DNA from: Pseudidiomarina andamanensis
GTDB lineage: Bacteria > Pseudomonadota > Gammaproteobacteria > Enterobacterales > Alteromonadaceae
Length of the DNA: 32,000 nucleotides
Reading direction: 5' to 3'
NCBI RefSeq assembly: GCF_009734345.1
Contig: NZ_CP032551.1
Coordinates: 1,560,001-1,592,000, forward strand
Positions 26,509 through 32,000 of this stretch are shown here, one piece after another. Numbering within the stretch: the first letter of the stretch is position 1; each line of letters starts with the position of its first letter. The translations under genes were made by a program, and so were the position numbers. Below the pieces are notes generated by a model. It saw only the letters and a list, made by a program, of their open reading frames with translations. It did no database searches and was not told where the DNA came from.

Positions 26509-28013
26509 GACAATTCCTGCATGGTGGTGTTGGTCGTTCGATGATGTTGCGGTTTAAACCGTCGCGCCATCATTCGGTAAACAAAACTAAAGCCGGGATA
26601 CATCGCAATCACGTGCCCACTTTTACTTTTATACCAACTATTGCAGCCACCGCTATGCCAAACCGTTTTGCGCATTTCACGGTGAATCATGTTGGTGTAA
26701 TCTGACTCGGCCTGCTCGGTAACTTCTAATAAGCCGCCTTGCTTGTCAGCGAAACGTAAGGCTCGCATGATGTATTGCATCTGCGACTCAATCACAAATA
26801 TTGCTGATGTATGACCAATGCCGGTATTTGGCCCCGTCACTAAAAATAGATTCGGAAACTTGGGCAATGTTGTGCCGAGATAAGCGCGCGGAAATTCATG
26901 CCAAAACTCTTTTAAGGTGAGTCCATCGCGACCGATTACCTCAAACCCAACCGCACCATCAGTGGCATCAAACCCCGTCGAATAAACGATGAGATCGAGC
27001 TCAATCTCATTGCCTTGTGTGGTGACGATGCCGCTCTCGGTGATTTCAGCGATACCGTCGTGTTTATCATGAAGTGTGACATTCTCGCGGCTAAGCGCCG
27101 GATAAAGCGTATTCGAAACAATGATGCGTTTGCAGCCAATGGTGTACTCCGGTGTCAGCTTTCGTCGTAATACCTCATTGGGCACTTGCTTGCGTAAATG
27201 ATTTAGCGCTGGTCGTTGTGCAAAAAAACGCATCAACCCATGCGCATATTTGAACGCAAATACTCGCCATTCCAGTGCCCAGTATATGGTCTTCCGCAAC
27301 GCGTGATAAACGAACTTAACGCCAAGCAATTTTCGTACCCACGGCGAAAACGTTCGGTCTGGGCGAGGTAAAACCCAATGCGGTGTGCGCTGGAACACAT
27401 GCAAATATTGAACCTCAGGCGCAATTGTCGGAATCACCTGCGCGGCACTCGCGCCGCTGCCAATGACCGCAACACGTTTGTTGCGGTAATCGAAACTGTG
27501 ATCCCATTGGTTGGTATGAAAACTTTTGCCTTGGAAGCACTCACGCCCGTTGAAATCAGGAATGACCGGATTGCTCAACGGCCCTTGTGCACTGATCACA
27601 TAACGCGCATAGAAAGCGTCGCCGATTTCTGGCTCTATTCTCCAACAACAGTGCTCGTCTAGCCAAGTTAATCGAGTGACATTGAAGTTCAATACGGTTT
27701 TCTCGCGTAACTGATACTTATCAATCACGCGGTTGGTATAAGCCTCAAGCTCCGCTTGTTCAGCAAACATTTGCGACCAGGCTTGTGGCTCTGATGCCAG
27801 CGAATACAGTGGCGACTGCACGTCGACCTGCGCACCTGGGTAGCTGTTTTGACACCAAGTTCCGCCCATAAACGAACGACGTTCGAGCATGACAAAGTGA
27901 GTCTGGTTTTGTTTAAGCAAATGTATCGCCGCACTTTGTCCACCAAACCCAGTACCTATGATGGCGACATGGATAGGTTGCTGCGGCGATGTTTTCGGAG
28001 CCTCTTGCAGCAA
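26505..28013 (-). CDS. Type I Baeyer-Villiger / flavin-containing monooxygenase (FAD, NADPH)
   Basis: 502 aa. FAD Rossmann motif VAIIGTGFGG. The BVMO fingerprint FxGxxxHxxxW[P/D] is present as FQGKSFHTNQWD (27501-27536). A second Rossmann motif is VAVIGSGASAAQ. The only in-frame start before the Rossmann motif is the TTG at 28013, 1 nt after the GST stop. Confidence 0.85.
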   Translation of the reverse strand: MLQEAPKTSPQQPIHVAIIGTGFGGQSAAIHLLKQNQTHFVMLERRSFMGGTWCQNSYPGAQVDVQSPLYSLASEPQAWSQMFAEQAELEAYTNRVIDKYQLREKTVLNFNVTRLTWLDEHCCWRIEPEIGDAFYARYVISAQGPLSNPVIPDFNGRECFQGKSFHTNQWDHSFDYRNKRVAVIGSGASAAQVIPTIAPEVQYLHVFQRTPHWVLPRPDRTFSPWVRKLLGVKFVYHALRKTIYWALEWRVFAFKYAHGLMRFFAQRPALNHLRKQVPNEVLRRKLTPEYTIGCKRIIVSNTLYPALSRENVTLHDKHDGIAEITESGIVTTQGNEIELDLIVYSTGFDATDGAVGFEVIGRDGLTLKEFWHEFPRAYLGTTLPKFPNLFLVTGPNTGIGHTSAIFVIESQMQYIMRALRFADKQGGLLEVTEQAESDYTNMIHREMRKTVWHSGGCNSWYKSKSGHVIAMYPGFSFVYRMMARRFKPQHHRTTNTTMQELS

Positions 28014-28014
28014 G

Positions 28015-28635
28015 TTACACCTTTGCCGAAGCGCGCTGATTTATGCGATCGAACCACGCTTGCAGGTGCGTTTGCTCGTCTTTAATGCGTAACTTCACAA
28101 CGCGAGCAAACGCGATTGTCGCAAACGCATTGATATCCACTGCGGTAAATTCGTCGCCAAGCAAGTACGTATTGTTCTTCAAATGATCATTTAAGAAATC
28201 GAGAAACTTCTCTGCGGCACCGTAGCAATCTTGTCCGTAATCCGGGAAGCAGTTCATACGGTCTTTAAAGTAACCTGAAGTATGCTGAAAGCACATGCCT
28301 ACCGGCGTCATTAGGTAAAAATCGATCCAACGTAGCCATTGCTCAATCAGTGCTTTTTGCTTTGGCGAATCACCCAGCAATTTCGGCGTTTCGGGGTGAG
28401 CTTCTTCGACGTAACGACAAATGGCCATTGTTTCTGCCAAACTGGTACCGTCATCGAGTACCGCTACCGGCACCTTTTTCATTGGGTTCATGGCGACAAA
28501 TTCAGGCGTTAAATTTTCGCCTTTGGCGATATCAACCTGAATAAATTCAACCTGATCTAACAGGCCTTTCTCAGCCAAAAACATGCGCACGCGACGTGGG
28601 TTTGGTGCAGTTGCTGTTTCGTAAATTTTCATCAT
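28015..28635 (-). CDS. Glutathione S-transferase
   Basis: MMKIYETATAPNPRRVRMFLAEKGL...VPVAVLDDGTSLAETMAICRYV is a thioredoxin-like GST N-domain, followed by a helical C-domain. The start is taken at the tandem ATGs 28635/28632, downstream of an AGGAAC SD. The 13 extra codons in the track ORF cover an inverted repeat and are unlikely to be coding. Confidence 0.8.
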   Translation of the reverse strand: MMKIYETATAPNPRRVRMFLAEKGLLDQVEFIQVDIAKGENLTPEFVAMNPMKKVPVAVLDDGTSLAETMAICRYVEEAHPETPKLLGDSPKQKALIEQWLRWIDFYLMTPVGMCFQHTSGYFKDRMNCFPDYGQDCYGAAEKFLDFLNDHLKNNTYLLGDEFTAVDINAFATIAFARVVKLRIKDEQTHLQAWFDRINQRASAKV

Positions 28636-28718
28636 GTGTTCCTGTGTGTTCTTGCCACTGAATAGAACACACAATGAAACAACTTAAGCGACAACGCAAG
28701 CGCTTGTTTTATTAGTTT

Positions 28719-29828
28719 TTACGCCTTCCGACGCACACGTTTTTTACGTCGTTGCCACCACACGTAGGTACCGGTTATAGCTAACAGTAGCGGCGTAAAC
28801 CCGACGATACTCCAGATAATTTTTACCGGTAAGCCGCCAAAGGTTCCAAAATGCAATCGACGAAAGCTATCGAGCGTTTTCGCACCAACACCTTGTTCAT
28901 TGAGGTTGTAGGTACTCATGTAATCGCCGGTATGCGGATCATAATTGCTCACGCTGCCATAGTTACTCAACAACGGATTCGTTGTTGGGGCGCGCCCAAA
29001 TACCGTGAATGGCAATTCTGGCTCGTACGGGAATAATAAATATGTCGGCTTAAAGCCGTCGATGCGCTGCTGACTGTCAGCAACCAATGAGTCAATATCG
29101 AGGTTCGTATTATAAAGTCGCTCCGTCATGATATGGTGCTCGGCACCATCGGCATGCTCGGTCCATTCTTCATAAAAAATCAAAATATTGTAGTAGCCGC
29201 CAGTAATCGCCAGCACCAACAGCACTGGTGAAGCAAAAGTACCAACCATTTTGTGCAAATCGCTGAACACAGCAAGCAGGCGCTGATTCCAACGTAAAGT
29301 AAATAAACGCGCCCAAAAACGTCGGTACATAATGAGCCCTGACACGCCCATAAACAGCAAGAAAATCGACAGTATCAATCCGATAATCAAACCAAGATGT
29401 TCGGGCAAGTGTTTCAGATCGTTGAGCATCAACGTGTAGTGAAACTCAACCAGCCAATCGGTTAAGTAGTGGCCGGTTTCGGTTGGCTGACTCAATAACT
29501 CACCCGTGTATGGATTCAAATGAGCTTTGTGCCATTCATCGGTGCCACGCTTAATCATAAAGATGCGGTCCGCTTCATCATGGCCTGCGGGAAAAATTTC
29601 CCAACTACCAAACTCGTAGTTCGGTAACTGTTCGTTTACTTTGGCGGTTAATTCAGTCAGCGGTAGCCGCGCTTCCTGGGTAACGGGTAACGCCGCAATA
29701 GATGGCAGCAGCAGTGCATCAATTTCTTTTTTGAAAACTAAAATGCTGCCGGTGAGACAAATAAGAAGAAAGGGGATCATACAAATGATCCCCGCCCAAC
29801 CATGCCATTTATGGAGAGTCTTTCGCAT
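28719..29828 (-). CDS. PepSY-associated TM-helix protein (PiuB/FoxB-like, siderophore-associated)
   Basis: 369 aa. MRKTLHKWHGWAGIICMIPFLLICLTGSILVF is the typical PepSY_TM N-terminus. There are 4 TM helices. It starts 14 nt after the TonB-dependent receptor gene. Confidence 0.8.
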   Translation of the reverse strand: MRKTLHKWHGWAGIICMIPFLLICLTGSILVFKKEIDALLLPSIAALPVTQEARLPLTELTAKVNEQLPNYEFGSWEIFPAGHDEADRIFMIKRGTDEWHKAHLNPYTGELLSQPTETGHYLTDWLVEFHYTLMLNDLKHLPEHLGLIIGLILSIFLLFMGVSGLIMYRRFWARLFTLRWNQRLLAVFSDLHKMVGTFASPVLLVLAITGGYYNILIFYEEWTEHADGAEHHIMTERLYNTNLDIDSLVADSQQRIDGFKPTYLLFPYEPELPFTVFGRAPTTNPLLSNYGSVSNYDPHTGDYMSTYNLNEQGVGAKTLDSFRRLHFGTFGGLPVKIIWSIVGFTPLLLAITGTYVWWQRRKKRVRRKA

Positions 29829-29842
29829 TGTTGGTTAAACCT

Positions 29843-32000
29843 TTAAAACGAATAGCTTAGTGTCGCTGAATAATTGCGCGGCGCGCCATAGTAACCCTGC
29901 GTTGCCCATAATAAACTGTTGATATATTTCTCATCGGTGACGTTATTGGCATTCAGAGATAACGTAACTGATTGATTAAATTGGTAGCTCGCCATCAAAT
30001 TTAATCGACCATAGGCATCTTGGGTTGTGACAATGGTTTCACCCGCATTATCGTAGCTATCGCCAACAACACCTTGTACTCTAGAGATAGTATCTTGCCA
30101 CTGATAACTTACGCCAAACTTCCAGTTTTCGGCAAACATCGGGCGATAAGTTAAAGCTGCACGGAATAGATTCTCTGGCGTGTAGTCTTCAACGGTGGCA
30201 TCGCCATCAAGCTCAAATGCTGTCGCCGCAATACTACCTTGTAAACCGGTCGCAATTTCACCAGATAGCTCCACCTCAAAACCGCTACTAGTTACCCCAT
30301 CCGCAGCGCGATAGACAGTTTCTGGCGCATTGGTGTTTGGATTCGTAACGGTGCCATCTCCTACGGCTAAATTCTTCTGGGTCACGTCGAAATAGGCTGC
30401 CGAGAACAAAGCACCACCGTTGAACAATTCCGCTTTAATACCAATCTCTGCTGTTTCACCCGTCAACGGTGGTAGACGATTGAAATCACGGTCACGTAAG
30501 TTCTGTGCTTGGAACGTTTCGGTATATGACGCATACACTGTTGTTGCTTCGTTTAGGTTGTGAGTTAAACCAAAGTACGGAATAAATTCAGCGTCATCGC
30601 GTGATTGATCCACGCCATAGCCAATACCATCGGTTTTAAATTCATTGTAACGACCACCCAACAACAATTTGGTGTCGATACCTAAACTGAAGCGCGCCTG
30701 GGCGTATAGCGCTTTTTGGGTGTTGTCGATTTCACTGCCAGCCAAGCCATCAGTGAACTCAGGAAATGGTGTGTTACCGTCCCAATCTTCTAACGCAGGC
30801 ATTGCTGGAAAACCATTACCAGTATGGAAGTCATACAATGACGTATCGATATAGTCTAAACGCGCGTAGTTGGCACCAAAAACGACCTGATGGTCTAAAC
30901 CACCCAGTTCAAAATTACCTGAAACATAAGCATCTAAGGTGTCTTGTTGGTCATCCAGATCATACTCGCTAGCATAGCCCACAAGACCCAAACCAGTCTC
31001 CGGGTCTAACCCCACTGAAGGGTCTGGCAGATAGGTATAAAACAAGAAGCTGTCTTCATCAGTACGAACTCGGTTATAGGCGACGCGCAAGGTCCACGCT
31101 TGGTTCAATGCCGACTCAATATCGATAAAACTGCGACTTTCTTTTACGGTCCAATTTGACCAGTCTGCAGCAATGTTGACCGAACGATCAAAGTCAGTCG
31201 GGGTGCCATCACCATAATGCAGAGTGACCGCGCCCCACATATTTCCGTCGGTATCGCTGCGATGTTCACTATGACCGAGAGTAATCAATGTGTTGCTGGT
31301 TGGTGCATAATCAATGACACCATAAACAACCTGCGAGCTATTTTCGTAGCGATCAAGATACGATTCGCTGTTGTCATTCACAACAACCAACCGGCCTCGT
31401 AACGAATCCGTTAACGCACCAGAAAAATCACCTTCAATGCGTTTACCTGACCATGAACTTAGCGTTGCTGAAATGCTATTTTGAGATTCAGAGGTAGGTC
31501 GCTTGCGCACCAAGTTAACGGTTGCCGAAGGGCTACCAACACCGGTCATGATGCCATTTGCGCCATGCACAACCTCTACCCGCTCATACACAGCTGAGTC
31601 TATACGTCCATGGGTATTGCTATTAATTAACGGGAGACCTAATCCATCAATCTGAAAGTTATTGACTTCAAAGCCACGCGACGTGTAGTAAATTCGGTCG
31701 GTTTCAACTTGTTCAACATTAATCGTGGCAGAAGTTTCGAGAATTTTATTGATGTCGTTGAGGGCAAAATCACGAATTTTCTCTTGAGTGATCACAGTGA
31801 CCGTTTGCGGTGTTTCTTTCACGCTAATATCTAACTTCGAAGCCGATTGCTGATCGCTAGCGAGGTAACCACTTTGTTGCTCACCGCGAATCTCTAACCG
31901 TTCGATCGCTTCTGTGGTTTGCGGCTCAAGCGAGCTTGCGAAGGCTGACGGCATTCCCGCCAAAATGAGAGCTGAAGTTACTGCAGACAACTTGATCACG
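29843..32000 (-). CDS. TonB-dependent siderophore receptor; the 5' end is probably cut by the window edge
   Basis: 718+ aa. Signal peptide ...ALILAGMPSAFA-SS, plug motif ETPQTVTVITQEKIRDF, a long beta-barrel and a C-terminal TLSYSF with terminal Phe. The track start at 31999 is a GTG 1 nt from the edge, so the true start may lie outside the window. Confidence 0.9.
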   Translation of the reverse strand, partial: VIKLSAVTSALILAGMPSAFASSLEPQTTEAIERLEIRGEQQSGYLASDQQSASKLDISVKETPQTVTVITQEKIRDFALNDINKILETSATINVEQVETDRIYYTSRGFEVNNFQIDGLGLPLINSNTHGRIDSAVYERVEVVHGANGIMTGVGSPSATVNLVRKRPTSESQNSISATLSSWSGKRIEGDFSGALTDSLRGRLVVVNDNSESYLDRYENSSQVVYGVIDYAPTSNTLITLGHSEHRSDTDGNMWGAVTLHYGDGTPTDFDRSVNIAADWSNWTVKESRSFIDIESALNQAWTLRVAYNRVRTDEDSFLFYTYLPDPSVGLDPETGLGLVGYASEYDLDDQQDTLDAYVSGNFELGGLDHQVVFGANYARLDYIDTSLYDFHTGNGFPAMPALEDWDGNTPFPEFTDGLAGSEIDNTQKALYAQARFSLGIDTKLLLGGRYNEFKTDGIGYGVDQSRDDAEFIPYFGLTHNLNEATTVYASYTETFQAQNLRDRDFNRLPPLTGETAEIGIKAELFNGGALFSAAYFDVTQKNLAVGDGTVTNPNTNAPETVYRAADGVTSSGFEVELSGEIATGLQGSIAATAFELDGDATVEDYTPENLFRAALTYRPMFAENWKFGVSYQWQDTISRVQGVVGDSYDNAGETIVTTQDAYGRLNLMASYQFNQSVTLSLNANNVTDEKYINSLLWATQGYYGAPRNYSATLSYSF

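Noticed and set aside
28636-28674. The 13-codon N-terminal extension of the GST ORF in the track (MCVLFSGKNTQEH).
   Set aside because: It covers the 10-bp inverted repeat and precedes a good SD plus tandem ATGs. The GST fold starts at MKIYE, so the extension is probably non-coding.
28697-28706. CAAGCGCTTG palindrome downstream of the PepSY gene, considered as a terminator.
   Set aside because: It is a self-complementary 10-mer with no loop and no following U-tract on the minus strand. It is not a credible intrinsic terminator.
1-32000. Searched for CRISPR arrays, tRNA/rRNA genes, transposases, integrases, phage genes, long terminal repeats and toxin-antitoxin-sized gene pairs.
   Set aside because: None were found. 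The largest non-coding gap is 179 bp (15963-16141), and all long ORFs have recognisable housekeeping or metabolic signatures. The window does not look like an accessory or mobile island.
31997-32000. The GTG at 31997-31999 as the true start of the TonB-dependent receptor, and a Fur box upstream of it.
   Set aside because: The reading frame is still open at the window edge, so the real start and any Fur box lie outside the sequence. Neither can be assessed.

Overview
The window looks like a compact chromosomal core region of a gammaproteobacterium. The gene order gmk-rpoZ-spoT-ridA and the MetJ-type met boxes suggest an Alteromonadales/Vibrionales-like marine lineage, but I cannot confirm the taxon without a search. 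I support 30 protein-coding genes, two of them cut by the window edges. I found no rRNA, tRNA, CRISPR array, transposase, integrase or prophage signature.

Content from left to right:
- acyl-CoA ligase (partial), then a GNAT/carbon-nitrogen hydrolase fusion
- a met-box operator and an NhaC-family transporter (candidate MetT)
- ridA-spoT-rpoZ-gmk on the minus strand
- LemA plus an M48 peptidase
- an OYE flavoreductase plus cryptochrome-DASH
- a lipoprotein alpha/beta hydrolase
- a metX-hom-metY direct-sulfhydrylation cluster with two met-box operators
- a tightly packed yajQ / Zn-ribbon SAM methyltransferase / dGTPase-like HD hydrolase trio
- an LLM oxidoreductase / APC permease / TM-GAF-PAS-LOV-GGDEF-EAL string
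- an EVE-domain protein, a PAS-GGDEF cyclase and a secreted NTF2-like protein
- a translationally coupled GST / Baeyer-Villiger monooxygenase / esterase module
- a PepSY-TM protein and a TonB-dependent siderophore receptor

I see no convincing novel multi-gene system such as a defence island or mobile element. The most interesting items are:
- a clear LOV blue-light module inside a GGDEF-EAL protein, about 7 kb from a Cry-DASH gene
- an inferred MetJ regulon that reaches an NhaC-family transporter and possibly a GNAT-nitrilase fusion
- the yajQ-methyltransferase-dGTPase operon
- the coupled GST-BVMO-esterase module
- several unexplained inverted and direct repeats in promoter regions
- a recurrent pattern of convergent genes sharing overlapping stop codons

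All functional calls rest on motifs and remembered family signatures read from the translations. No database search was possible.
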